A DNA stretch of 51,390 nucleotides from assembly GCA_043805855.1 (NCBI GenBank), contig JAZDHP010000009.1, positions 1 to 51,390 on the forward strand. The letters are read 5' to 3'. The translations under genes and the position numbers were made by a program. Each line of letters opens with the position of its first letter. The first letter of the stretch is position 1. Under the pieces are notes generated by a model, which saw only the letters and a program-made list of their open reading frames with translations, did no database searches and was not told where the DNA came from. Source of the DNA: Candidatus Micrarchaeota archaeon. Its GTDB lineage: Archaea > Micrarchaeota > Micrarchaeia > Norongarragalinales > UBA8480. Positions 20,446 to 29,807 of the stretch are shown piece after piece.

Positions 20446-21021
20446 CTACGCGCGGATTCCAATAGTTGCCAAGTCACTGCGGTACTTTTCAGTTGTTGTA
20501 AACGTAACGCCACCGCACCCTGCTTTTTTCGCGCCGTCTACGTTTTCCTCAAGGTCATCTGCAAAAACCATACTGTGAGTTGAAATTCCTAACTTATGAG
20601 CAACTGCTTTGAAATATTCCGGATCTGGCTTTTTTGTGCCAAATGCAGATGACTGAAAATGGTGGTCGAAATACTTGTCAAACCCTTTGTTTTTGTACAA
20701 CGCCTCTGCCATAACTTCGTTATTATTACCAATTACAACAAGCACGTGCGTTTGGCGGAGGTTGTTCAGCAAATCGTAAATGCCAGGCATTATTGACAAA
20801 CGTTCTTTTTTAAAATCGCCGTTTACTAAAACTCCATTAACGTCAAAACACATTACACTCGAAGTGCGCAGGCGAATGTAATAGAAGATTTTCGTTGCAA
20901 CGTAGTAGTCGACAATTGCAAATAAAGCTAGCAATGGAAAGTTATTTTCAAGAAAAGAGTAAAACATCCACAATAGTACCGCGAAGATAACCCAAGTGCC
21001 ATAGCGAATTGAAATAATCAT
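20446..21021 (-). CDS. HAD-family phosphatase with two N-terminal TM helices
   Basis: FDVNGVLV (motif I, DxN variant), GNN, KKPDP, FADDLEENV. Confidence 0.8.
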   Translation of the reverse strand: MIISIRYGTWVIFAVLLWMFYSFLENNFPLLALFAIVDYYVATKIFYYIRLRTSSVMCFDVNGVLVNGDFKKERLSIMPGIYDLLNNLRQTHVLVVIGNNNEVMAEALYKNKGFDKYFDHHFQSSAFGTKKPDPEYFKAVAHKLGISTHSMVFADDLEENVDGAKKAGCGGVTFTTTEKYRSDLATIGIRA

Positions 21022-21025
21022 TTAC

Positions 21026-21598
21026 CTATATTCCCCTTTCTTTTAACTGAGATGCCAACTTGTGCACGTCGCTATAATAAATGACGTCCATTCCTAAACT
21101 CTTCCCAGCGGCCATTCCTTTCTCGTCAACGTCAACTAAAACTACGCGGCGTGGTGAAACGCCAAGCGCCTTACAAATATTCGCTAAGTATTCTTGTGGA
21201 TCGCTAGTGTTGAAATCAGATGGGTAGAAAACCTTGTCATAAAACTTACTTAAGCCGTAGTGCGATACAACGCCTTCTTCAAAATCTTGAGTAAACGTCC
21301 AAAACAACGCAGTAACGTGAGTGTTTCTCACGCTCGAAATTACTTTCCACACGTCTGGATTTGGGTGCATTGGTGCGGTTTGAAAATCCTTGCAAATTAC
21401 ATTAACTCCCATTCCACGAACAAGAATAACTTTTGTAAACATTTTCCTAAAGTAAAACCAACCATAAAAAGAAAGCACGGCAGTTAATGCGAGAGTGACA
21501 AGTAACATTGGCCACTCGAGGAAAGTTGGCATTGTAGTAAAAGCTAGAATTAAAAGAACTAGGAAAACTCCAATTTCAGCAACGCTTACTCGAAACAT
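21026..21598 (-). CDS. Degenerate HAD-like protein with two N-terminal TM helices (start re-called at 21598)
   Basis: Same layout as its neighbour; LGVSPRRVVLVD...GMDVI C-terminus; motif I Asp lost; the longer track ORF runs into non-coding sequence. Confidence 0.65.
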   Translation of the reverse strand: MFRVSVAEIGVFLVLLILAFTTMPTFLEWPMLLVTLALTAVLSFYGWFYFRKMFTKVILVRGMGVNVICKDFQTAPMHPNPDVWKVISSVRNTHVTALFWTFTQDFEEGVVSHYGLSKFYDKVFYPSDFNTSDPQEYLANICKALGVSPRRVVLVDVDEKGMAAGKSLGMDVIYYSDVHKLASQLKERGI

Positions 21599-21667
21599 AT
21601 GTAGATAAAGCTTGGAAAAAGAACTTAAAAAACACGCCGGTGTTTTCAAACAAAACGAAAAACATCG

Positions 21668-21798
21668 CTTCCGGCTTTTTTTAGCCAGAGGTCTAAAAGG
21701 CCTCAGCAAAAACATAGTTTTAGTCTGAGTCACAAACGCTTCGGCGTTTGTGCTCATGCGGCGATTGAGCGGCCTTTTGCCCACTTTTTCAGCCGAAG
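21668..21798. ncRNA. Candidate structured RNA or DNA element (multi-hairpin four-way junction)
   Basis: Closing stem AAAAGGCC/GGCCTTTT enclosing three hairpins, one a 9-bp stem with C(TTCG)G loop; outer CTTCCGGCT/AGCCGAAG pairing. Confidence 0.5.
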
Positions 21799-21871
21799 TT
21801 TTTAAGAACCTAACGTGCACTAAACAAGCTTTAAAATAGAAGTCTTTACTCAAGTTGTATTGGGAAAATAT

Positions 21872-22090
21872 ATGAACGAAAGATTCCTTGCAGATGAATG
21901 GATGGCGGAGCACGATGAAGAGCTAGTTAAAAGATACGCTGGCAAATGGGTAGCGGTAACAAGCAAAGGAATAGCTGCAAGTGCAAATAGCTTTAAGGAG
22001 CTAGTAAAACAAAAAACAGTGCAAGTGAACAAAATGATAATAACTCGCGTTCCAACCCTTGAACAACTAGATTCTATTTGGATTCTGTAA
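21872..22090 (+). CDS. DUF5678-like small protein
   Basis: WMAEHDEELVKRYAGKWVAV..KGIAAS pattern; directly upstream of a retropepsin gene. Confidence 0.8.
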   Translation: MNERFLADEWMAEHDEELVKRYAGKWVAVTSKGIAASANSFKELVKQKTVQVNKMIITRVPTLEQLDSIWIL

Positions 22091-22093
22091 ATT

Positions 22094-22453
22094 GTGGAAA
22101 AAACATTTCATTATAAGTACAAGGGAAAATGGTTAAAACCAATTATTTCAATCGCATTAAAACACGGTGAAAAAGAAATAGAATTAGATACAGTAATAGA
22201 CTCTGGAGCAGATTATAGCATTTTAGACGCCAACTTTGCAGAGCAAATTGGAATTCCCGTAACTCGCTTTCAACAACTTGAAATTCAAGGAATAGCTAGT
22301 TCACTAAAAGGAAACTTAATCAACGTCAAATCAAAAGTGCTTGATGAATTTTTTGAAATGCCCGCATTATTTGTCAAGAACTATTCAGGCCCGTTTAATA
22401 TTCTTGGCAGAAAAGGCTTTTTTGAAAAACACAGGATAACTTTTGATGAATAA
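22094..22453 (+). CDS. Retropepsin-like (clan AA) aspartyl protease, possibly C-terminally truncated
   Basis: IDSGADYS catalytic motif, ILGRKGFF; the frame stays open 13 codons past the TAA. Confidence 0.85.
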   Translation: MEKTFHYKYKGKWLKPIISIALKHGEKEIELDTVIDSGADYSILDANFAEQIGIPVTRFQQLEIQGIASSLKGNLINVKSKVLDEFFEMPALFVKNYSGPFNILGRKGFFEKHRITFDE

Positions 22454-22491
22454 AAATTAGAAATAACAATAGCCACCTCTTACAAAACAGA

Positions 22492-23262
22492 TTAATACTC
22501 TCCCAATATTTTTTGTTTCTTTTCCAGCCCGATTATCTTTGAAGAGGGGTTGGAAATTTCGTAGTTTAACTTGAAAAATTCCAAGCCGTAGCCGTCGAGC
22601 ATTTTCTTCGCGTTTTCGCTCATTGACGGAGCGCAGAGAACACCCCGCACAACTGTGTTTTTGCGCTTTGCAACTTCTTCAACGTAGCGTTTCAATTGAG
22701 ATACTGCCGCGAGTTCAGCTTGTCGGCGTTTTAGTTCAATTACAACTAATGCACCGTTTTTGTCCCGCGCGAGGATGTCAATATGACCTTTTGGTAAGGG
22801 AGATTCCTGCTGTACAGGCACAAGCCCCGGTTCGATTAAGTTCAAATCTTGCATTAGCAAGTTAGAAAGTTCACCTTCAGTGCCGAAAACTTTCAGTTTT
22901 TTATCGTCAGTTAGTTCAAACGACTGGCAGAAATGAACAACTGGAAAAGTCACAACTATTTGTTCGCGCACGTTTCCAGGAAGAGAGTTTTTTGTTTTGC
23001 GAACTGCACTTACAGTTAGTTTGTCGCCGTCGAGGTTAGTAAGTATCGCCGCGCCGGGGCCCTGGTAGTTAATCGCAGTCATTCCAGTGCTTTGGTGAAC
23101 GAGAAAAGTACCGTCTTTCTTTATAATCAACGCACGGTCGCCTTCGCTTAGCTTACTCGCCGCGCGGCCTTCGTACTTTACAGAACAGTGGCCAATAACC
23201 ATAATGAGCTTGCCAGCGTTTAGCCCCGCGTCGATTACCTTCTTGCACTCTTTGAGATCCAT
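22492..23262 (-). CDS. nucS: Mismatch endonuclease NucS/EndoMS
   Basis: CSVKYEGRA, IIKKDGTFLVH, GHIDILARD, VIELKR, AVSQLKRY. Confidence 0.94.
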   Translation of the reverse strand: MDLKECKKVIDAGLNAGKLIMVIGHCSVKYEGRAASKLSEGDRALIIKKDGTFLVHQSTGMTAINYQGPGAAILTNLDGDKLTVSAVRKTKNSLPGNVREQIVVTFPVVHFCQSFELTDDKKLKVFGTEGELSNLLMQDLNLIEPGLVPVQQESPLPKGHIDILARDKNGALVVIELKRRQAELAAVSQLKRYVEEVAKRKNTVVRGVLCAPSMSENAKKMLDGYGLEFFKLNYEISNPSSKIIGLEKKQKILGEY

Positions 23263-23324
23263 ACTAATTTCAACAACAGTAATAGTAATCGCCTTTAAAA
23301 TTTATAACCTATGTAATATTGTTA

Positions 23325-24425
23325 ATGGCAAACCTGCAGAGAGTTGAATTTTCAGCGCCGACTAAATTAGTACTAGCGGAACTAGATACAAGCGTTCCGC
23401 ACAACCCAACGCTTTTCGCTGAACTAGTTGAACGTAAATTGATTTTTCCCACAAAGCGGCCAGGAGTGTACGCAATTCCTTTTCGCGCGCCAGGTGTAAA
23501 AACTGGCACTCAGCATAAGCGAAGTATTCATACTTTGAACTTGCCAAATGGACAATTTGCATTCAAGGGAACAGGCGAAGATGACGCACTTGAGAGCTAT
23601 AGAAATAAAGTAGACGAACATATGCCTGAACGGGAGTTTCACGGCGGGGCCAGATCACCATCTATTATTCACGTGGTTAGAATCCTCAATGAATTACATG
23701 AGCACTACCATACAGCTAAAACTTCTGGCGATCCAGTTGTCAATTGGGCTGCTGCAAAGGGAATCGACCAGCTTCCTACAATTCAGCATACTGCTGTGTT
23801 CCGGCCTTTGCAAGTACTATCTAGCAAAACGGGAAAACTACAACGCATTGCAATTACGCCAAAATACCTGTCATCAATTAGGCTAGGTGCATTTGCCGGG
23901 CAGGAACGAGTTTATGTTTACAAAGCTAAAGAACCAACTAGAGTTGCAGAGCCTCTTGAACGTGCTACTTCGCAAAATTTACGAGAATTAGCTGAAGCTG
24001 GAAATGAAGAGAAAATACAAGCTTTGAAACAGTTTATAACTAGGGGCGTATTACTTGCACACGTCGCGCACCAGAACAAAATATGCCTAACTGAAATCGG
24101 TTCTTCATTATCTGGATTGAATTCAAGCGCTTTTGAATTTTTCGATTTTGGCACTGCGCGTAGGTACAAAGACGAAGGAGCGTTCAAAACCTATAGAGAA
24201 AGGGACTACTTTTCTCTAGGTCACGCTATTGAAGCATTTGCATTTAACCTAGCTAATACAAAGGGCACCCATTCATTAAGGAATCTTAGCAAAAACGCAA
24301 TGCGGTTAAAGCACATTTTCAGCGAAATACGCCACCGTAAGCCAGATAACTTAGCATCTTTTCTTGATAACGAAGTGGACAAACTAGCTCGAAAGACACT
24401 AGAGCCAAAACTTACTTGGGATTAA
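23325..24425 (+). CDS. Hypothetical protein with divergent kinase/SelO-like motifs (paralog 1)
   Basis: FAFKGTG, REFHGG, H..H...LN.SA.EFFDFG; clear paralog of the next gene. Confidence 0.6.
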   Translation: MANLQRVEFSAPTKLVLAELDTSVPHNPTLFAELVERKLIFPTKRPGVYAIPFRAPGVKTGTQHKRSIHTLNLPNGQFAFKGTGEDDALESYRNKVDEHMPEREFHGGARSPSIIHVVRILNELHEHYHTAKTSGDPVVNWAAAKGIDQLPTIQHTAVFRPLQVLSSKTGKLQRIAITPKYLSSIRLGAFAGQERVYVYKAKEPTRVAEPLERATSQNLRELAEAGNEEKIQALKQFITRGVLLAHVAHQNKICLTEIGSSLSGLNSSAFEFFDFGTARRYKDEGAFKTYRERDYFSLGHAIEAFAFNLANTKGTHSLRNLSKNAMRLKHIFSEIRHRKPDNLASFLDNEVDKLARKTLEPKLTWD

Positions 24426-24434
24426 AACTAAACT

Positions 24435-25659
24435 ATGACAAAAACAAGCCAAACAGAAAAGCCAAAGCGGCCGGAATTTTCAGTACCAACAAAATTCGTA
24501 TACGCTGAGCTTGACAAGCGCATGCCTTTTGACAAAAAAACAGTTGCAGAGATGGTGCGACGCAGGATAATTATCTCAGTTGCTAAACATAAAGGTTTAC
24601 GCGAGCAGTTCCGCGAAGCGGGTTATACGCCAGAGCAATATGCTAAGCTATTTGCAATTCCATTCAAGCAGTTAAGATGGAATCCAAATACTAGCCACGG
24701 TCGTAGTTTACACACTACAAACGCGGGAGATAGACAATTTGTATTCAAGGGAACTGGAGGAACAAGCGCCCACCGTAGCTTTCATATGGAACACGGCGAA
24801 GGATTAAGAGAACGTCAATTTAGAGGCGGGCTACGTGCAAGTACAGCTGCTATTTCCGCTAAAGTTTTGCAAAAATTGGAAAAGTTTTATCAAGTTAAGA
24901 AAAAAGCAGGCGATTCAGTTGTTAAATGGGCTGAAGAAGAACACGGCATAAAAGAATTGCCAGTTATAAAACACGTTGCGGTTTTCAAGCCACTGCAAAT
25001 ATTTTCAAACGTTCCCGATAAACCACGAGGACCTAGCCGGTTTAAACGCGGGAGAAACCGCATTACTAAAGAGTTAATGAAAGGAATTGGTTTAGGTGAA
25101 TTTTACGACCAACAACGCGTACAGGTTTACACTGCCAGCGAGCCAACGCGTTTGGCAGAACACTTTGACAAAGCTTTAAACACAGAAGTGCGTGAAGAGC
25201 TAGTAAATGTTTCATCACGTTTACCTCGAAAAGATACGCTTGAAAAGCGAAGAAAATTTGTTGCAGGCGTATTAGCGCGGGGGTTACTTTTGCTACACGT
25301 CGCGCATACAAATGGAATTGCATTGTCAGACTATACAGGATCTTCTTTAACCAGGTTAAACGTAAGCGCACGGGAGTTTTTTGACTTTGATTCAACGCAA
25401 ACTTACAAAAGCGGAAAAAAAAAGAAACAGATTGCTTCCTATAGATATTGCCCAACTTGGAGGGAGCGTACACGCTGCTTCAATATGGGCAGATAAAGAG
25501 AGCATCCCTTTTGCAACTAAAATTTTACCGGACTTTCTCAACCAGAGCATTTTTCACGCACTACAAATAACAAATGATGAACGGTTTTCTGAAGAAGATA
25601 AAAAACAAGAATTGCAAAAAGTGGTAAAAGAAGTTACAGAATATCTAGTTCCTCGTTAG
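24435..25659 (+). CDS. Paralog 2 of the kinase/SelO-like protein, split by a frameshift at A9 (25415-25423)
   Basis: FVFKGTG, RQFRGG, EFFDFD; deleting one A joins ORF 24435..25496 to 25381..25659 and restores alignment with paralog 1. Confidence 0.6.
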
Positions 25660-26426
25660 CTTATCTTTTTTACAGGCAACGCTTCTTGCTCTTCACTATC
25701 CTGACAACGGACGATGACACGGCCCACGTGTTTGCGAGCGTGTTGGGCGAGTTCCAGCAGATGCAAACTAGTTGGCGGTGCGATTTTTTCAAACGCCGGA
25801 TCTACTAAGGGCAACGGCCACGGAGTAAATTGACAAAGCGCGTATTGGTCGCACGAGTTTGCAGCGAGTTTAGCAATGCCTTCAATAACTTCAGGCGAAT
25901 CATTTACCCCCGGGATTACAACTGTTTTAATTTCTCTAAACGCTTTGCCGTGTTCCATAAACGCGAGTGATTTGAGTAAATTGCTTTGAAACACTTCAAA
26001 GTTCACTTTACTGCCAATTAATTTGTGAAGTTTTTCCCGCTGTACTAAATGCTTCACGTCGAGGGAAACGTAGTTTACAACATCAACGAGATCATGTAAG
26101 TCACTTGAATAGAACCCGCTTGTTTCAACTTTAACAAAAAACCCAAGCTGGCGTAACCTACGAGAAAGGTCAAGAATAGCATTGCCTTGCCATAAGGGTT
26201 CAACCCCGACAAAAACAACCGAAGTTATGTCGCTATCCTCTTCAGCTTGTTTGACAACCAAGTCAGTGAAAAAACTAACGTCGTCGCTTAAAGTTGAATC
26301 TTGACTTTGCGCAACTGAAAGGTAAGGACATTGAATTGGCCCGCCTGTAACGTGCACAACTGTAGCGCTACGCCCCGGATAGAGTTTAGTGTCGCCGCTT
26401 ACAATTGCTGAATAAGTTAATTTCAC
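25656..26426 (-). CDS. NrdG/PflA-like radical-SAM activase homolog lacking CxxxCxxC
   Basis: YPGRSATVV, KVETSG, YVSLDVK, EIKTVVIPGVND, YALCQF match RNR-activase-like proteins; cluster motif reads GGPIQCPYL. Confidence 0.75.
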   Translation of the reverse strand: MKLTYSAIVSGDTKLYPGRSATVVHVTGGPIQCPYLSVAQSQDSTLSDDVSFFTDLVVKQAEEDSDITSVVFVGVEPLWQGNAILDLSRRLRQLGFFVKVETSGFYSSDLHDLVDVVNYVSLDVKHLVQREKLHKLIGSKVNFEVFQSNLLKSLAFMEHGKAFREIKTVVIPGVNDSPEVIEGIAKLAANSCDQYALCQFTPWPLPLVDPAFEKIAPPTSLHLLELAQHARKHVGRVIVRCQDSEEQEALPVKKIS

Positions 26427-26490
26427 TTTAAATTCACTTCTATAAAATAACCTTTAGAATATAATTAGAAAGAGTCCAATAAATAGTATT

Positions 26491-29301
26491 ATGACGAGTG
26501 ACGCTTTGGTGCAGGAAGTTGACAAGATAGTCAAGCGAGACTTCCCCACGTTTACCGACGTACAAAAGCAAGCGATTCCGCTAATTGCAAGTGGGAAAAA
26601 CGTGCTGGTAATCGCGCCAACTGGAAGTGGGAAAACTGAAACCGCAATGCTGCCAATATTGTCAAAAATAGTACAGCGTTCGCAAAATGGAAAACCAAAA
26701 GGAATTCAAGTTATTTACATCACGCCGTTAAAAGCGTTGAACCGGGACATTTTCCAAAGGATTGAAAAAATTTGCAAGGAATTGAATATAACAATTGGCG
26801 TACGGCACGGCGATACAACTGCAACAGAACGGCAAAAACAACGCGACAATCCACCTCAACTGCTAGTAACTACGCCGGAGACATTGCAAAGTGTGTTAAT
26901 TGCCCCGAAGTTAAGCGACTCGCTTGTTCATTTACGCCACGTAATTGTCGACGAAGTGCATGAACTTTACGAAAGTAAACGCGGAGTACAGTTATGCCTC
27001 GCGCTTGAAAGACTAGAGGAAAAAACTCCAGGGTTCCAGCGCATTGGGCTAAGCGCAACAATTGGCAACCCAACCGAAGTCGCGGAGTTCCTAGGCAAAG
27101 ACACAATTGTGTGCAATACAGTTCAAAAGCGAAAAGTAAACCTAAATGTCGAGTACATTACACGGCCGCAGGGCACAGAGGCAACGCGGTTAAAAGCACT
27201 ACTTCATTTACCGTTAAAAACAATTGCGCGCATACAGAGAATTGAAGAAATCATACACGAGCACAAAAGCTCATTAATATTTGTAAACACGCGATACGCT
27301 GCAGAGTCAATTTCAAATGCATTGTACGCAGTTGAATCGCTAAAACACGGCGTGTCAGTACACCACTCGTCACTCTCGAAAGACGTGCGGGTAGAAACCG
27401 AACGGCAGTTCAAACAACAAGAAGTCAAAGCAATTGTTTGTACTAGTAGCCTAGAGCTGGGAATTGACATTGGCACAATTGAAGCAGTTGTGCAATACAG
27501 TTCACCTCGGCAAGTCACACGTTTGTTACAAAGAGTTGGAAGAAGCGGGCACAAGCACTACCTAGAGCCAAAAGGGATAATTTTACCGTTGGATGAAGTT
27601 GACCTTGCGGAAAGCATCGCCGTATGCCACGAAGCCGAACGAAACGAGCTAGAACAACCAGAACATTACCACAACGCATTTGACGTACTCGCGCATTTCA
27701 TTGCAGGAATGGCAACTGAATACCATACAATTCAATTACAGCGCGTTTACGAAATTGCAAAACGCGCATATTCTTACAAAAATCTTTCAATTGAAGATTT
27801 CACCGCAACAGCTAGGCAAATTGCCGGCCACAACTTGGTAAATATAATTCAAAGAGATGGCGAAACACTAATACAAACAAGAGGCACGCGCACAAAATTA
27901 TACTACTACGAAAACGTCAGCACAATTCCAGACGAGAAACGTATATTCATTCGCGACGCTGCAACGCGCAAAAACGTCGCTGTGCTTGACGAAGCATTTG
28001 TATCTGAATTTGTCGAAACCAACGGCGTGTTCATCTGCCAAGGCCGTGCATGGAAAGTTCTCAGCATGGATGAACGTGAAGTAATCGTTGAAGCAACAAG
28101 CCAAGTAACCGCAGCTATTCCAGATTGGGTTGGCGAAGAAATTCCAGTTACAATGCAAACAGCAAAAGACGTCGCGCAGGTAATTTCCGGAAAAGATAAA
28201 AAAACAGAAAAGGAATCAGAAAATGAAAATGAGAAAAACGCTACAACAACCGTTGCAGCCATAACTAGAACGAAAATTGGCAAAACAGAAGAAACAATTC
28301 TAGCTGAATTTCGCGAGTCACAAGCACGGCACTTTCTGCCTGGAAAAGAAATTATAGTTGAAGAAAACGTTGAAGACAACACAATTGTAATTCACTCCTT
28401 CTATGGCCTACGCGCAAATGAAACAATTGCCCGCACAATTGCATTTCTCCTTGCACAGCGAGACAAGAGTTTGAAAACCCGCGCGTCGCCCTACCACATC
28501 ACGCTGGAATTCTCGCGTCCAGTTGGAGGCGACGAAGTTATAACCGTTTTGAAAAAATTAAGTGGCAAAGTTATTGAAACCGTGTTGAAATCAGCACTAC
28601 CTTCAACGAGAATTTACCGCCATAAGTTTATCCACGTTGCAAAGCGATTCGGATTCCTTTCAAAAAGCTGGAACGCAACAGCAGGAAGTATCTCGCGAAT
28701 AATTTCTACGCTACCACAGGAAAACGTAATGTGCAGAGAAACCCTATCGGAGTTAATGCACTCGCGTTTATCGCTTGAAGACGCGTCGCTTGTGGCAAAC
28801 GGAATTGCAAACGGTGAGATAAAAGTTTCAAAAATATACACGAAAAACTGGAGTCCCTTGGCAAAAAGCGCAATTGAATACGGCGGTTCAAGTGAATTAT
28901 TTACTTCTACAGAGCCAACGCAGGACATTATAGAAGCGTTTGCCAATTCGCTAAAAGAAAAAATCCCAACGTTATACTGCACTTTTTGCAAGAACAACTT
29001 TTCCATTATTTTAAACGAAGTGAAAATAAACGACAAAATAAAGTGTCCGAACTGTAGCTCAACACAAGTGACGCTAACCGCGTTCAGTGGAAAAGAGCAC
29101 AAAAAGGAAAGCGAAAAAATAGCTAATTTAATATCCGCTTACGGCGTACGCGCACTCTACGCGTTGGAAACTTACGGCATTGGCCCACAAACCGCTGGCC
29201 GCGTGTTATCGCGATTGCACAAAACAGACGAGGAATTTTACCACGACTTGCTTGACAGCCAAAAGAATTTTATTAAAAATCGCAAGTTTTGGAAGATTTA
29301 A
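26491..29301 (+). CDS. lhr: Lhr-family SF2 helicase
   Basis: APTGSGKT, TTPETL, DEVHE, HHSSLS, TSSLELGIDIG, QRVGRSGH; C-terminal Zn finger and YGIGPQTA. Confidence 0.93.
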   Translation: MTSDALVQEVDKIVKRDFPTFTDVQKQAIPLIASGKNVLVIAPTGSGKTETAMLPILSKIVQRSQNGKPKGIQVIYITPLKALNRDIFQRIEKICKELNITIGVRHGDTTATERQKQRDNPPQLLVTTPETLQSVLIAPKLSDSLVHLRHVIVDEVHELYESKRGVQLCLALERLEEKTPGFQRIGLSATIGNPTEVAEFLGKDTIVCNTVQKRKVNLNVEYITRPQGTEATRLKALLHLPLKTIARIQRIEEIIHEHKSSLIFVNTRYAAESISNALYAVESLKHGVSVHHSSLSKDVRVETERQFKQQEVKAIVCTSSLELGIDIGTIEAVVQYSSPRQVTRLLQRVGRSGHKHYLEPKGIILPLDEVDLAESIAVCHEAERNELEQPEHYHNAFDVLAHFIAGMATEYHTIQLQRVYEIAKRAYSYKNLSIEDFTATARQIAGHNLVNIIQRDGETLIQTRGTRTKLYYYENVSTIPDEKRIFIRDAATRKNVAVLDEAFVSEFVETNGVFICQGRAWKVLSMDEREVIVEATSQVTAAIPDWVGEEIPVTMQTAKDVAQVISGKDKKTEKESENENEKNATTTVAAITRTKIGKTEETILAEFRESQARHFLPGKEIIVEENVEDNTIVIHSFYGLRANETIARTIAFLLAQRDKSLKTRASPYHITLEFSRPVGGDEVITVLKKLSGKVIETVLKSALPSTRIYRHKFIHVAKRFGFLSKSWNATAGSISRIISTLPQENVMCRETLSELMHSRLSLEDASLVANGIANGEIKVSKIYTKNWSPLAKSAIEYGGSSELFTSTEPTQDIIEAFANSLKEKIPTLYCTFCKNNFSIILNEVKINDKIKCPNCSSTQVTLTAFSGKEHKKESEKIANLISAYGVRALYALETYGIGPQTAGRVLSRLHKTDEEFYHDLLDSQKNFIKNRKFWKI

Positions 29302-29338
29302 ACAACACGAATAAAAACCATCTCGACGTAACGAATGT

Positions 29339-29788
29339 ATGGATTCCACTCAAGAAAAAATAGCCTACGCACTCGGTCTAAATTTTGTACTAATCATAAT
29401 TGGTTCACTTTTTTACAAAACAGTAGAAGGCTGGAATTGGGTTGACTCAATTTACTTCTCAGTAGGCACACTAATGACCGTCGGGTTTGGCGATTTACAC
29501 GCAACGCACTCAATTTCAAGAGTATTCGCAACTATATTTATGATAATCGGAATTCCCGTAATGCTATATACCGTTACGCTAATCGGCGCATATTCAGTTG
29601 AAAAACGCGCGTACACAAAAGCGTTCGGCGTATTTCGCAAAACACAACTTGAACACTTAAGACACGGTAAAGGAAAAGCACGCAAACTAGTTGACGACGT
29701 TGAAAAACTAAGCGAACAACTAACGAACAAAATGAAACAACTAGAAGAAATAGAAGAAAAGCAAGAAAAGGAACTTGCTAAAAAATAA
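29339..29788 (+). CDS. 2-TM potassium channel with coiled-coil tail
   Basis: DSIYF...TLMTVGFGD selectivity filter. Confidence 0.9.
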   Translation: MDSTQEKIAYALGLNFVLIIIGSLFYKTVEGWNWVDSIYFSVGTLMTVGFGDLHATHSISRVFATIFMIIGIPVMLYTVTLIGAYSVEKRAYTKAFGVFRKTQLEHLRHGKGKARKLVDDVEKLSEQLTNKMKQLEEIEEKQEKELAKK

Positions 29789-29807
29789 AAATAATTAACA
29801 GTCTTTT

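Noticed and set aside
21599-21913. 105-aa N-terminal extension of the 295-aa track ORF
   Set aside because: Runs through the structured element and antisense to the DUF5678 gene; the paralog layout supports a start at 21598
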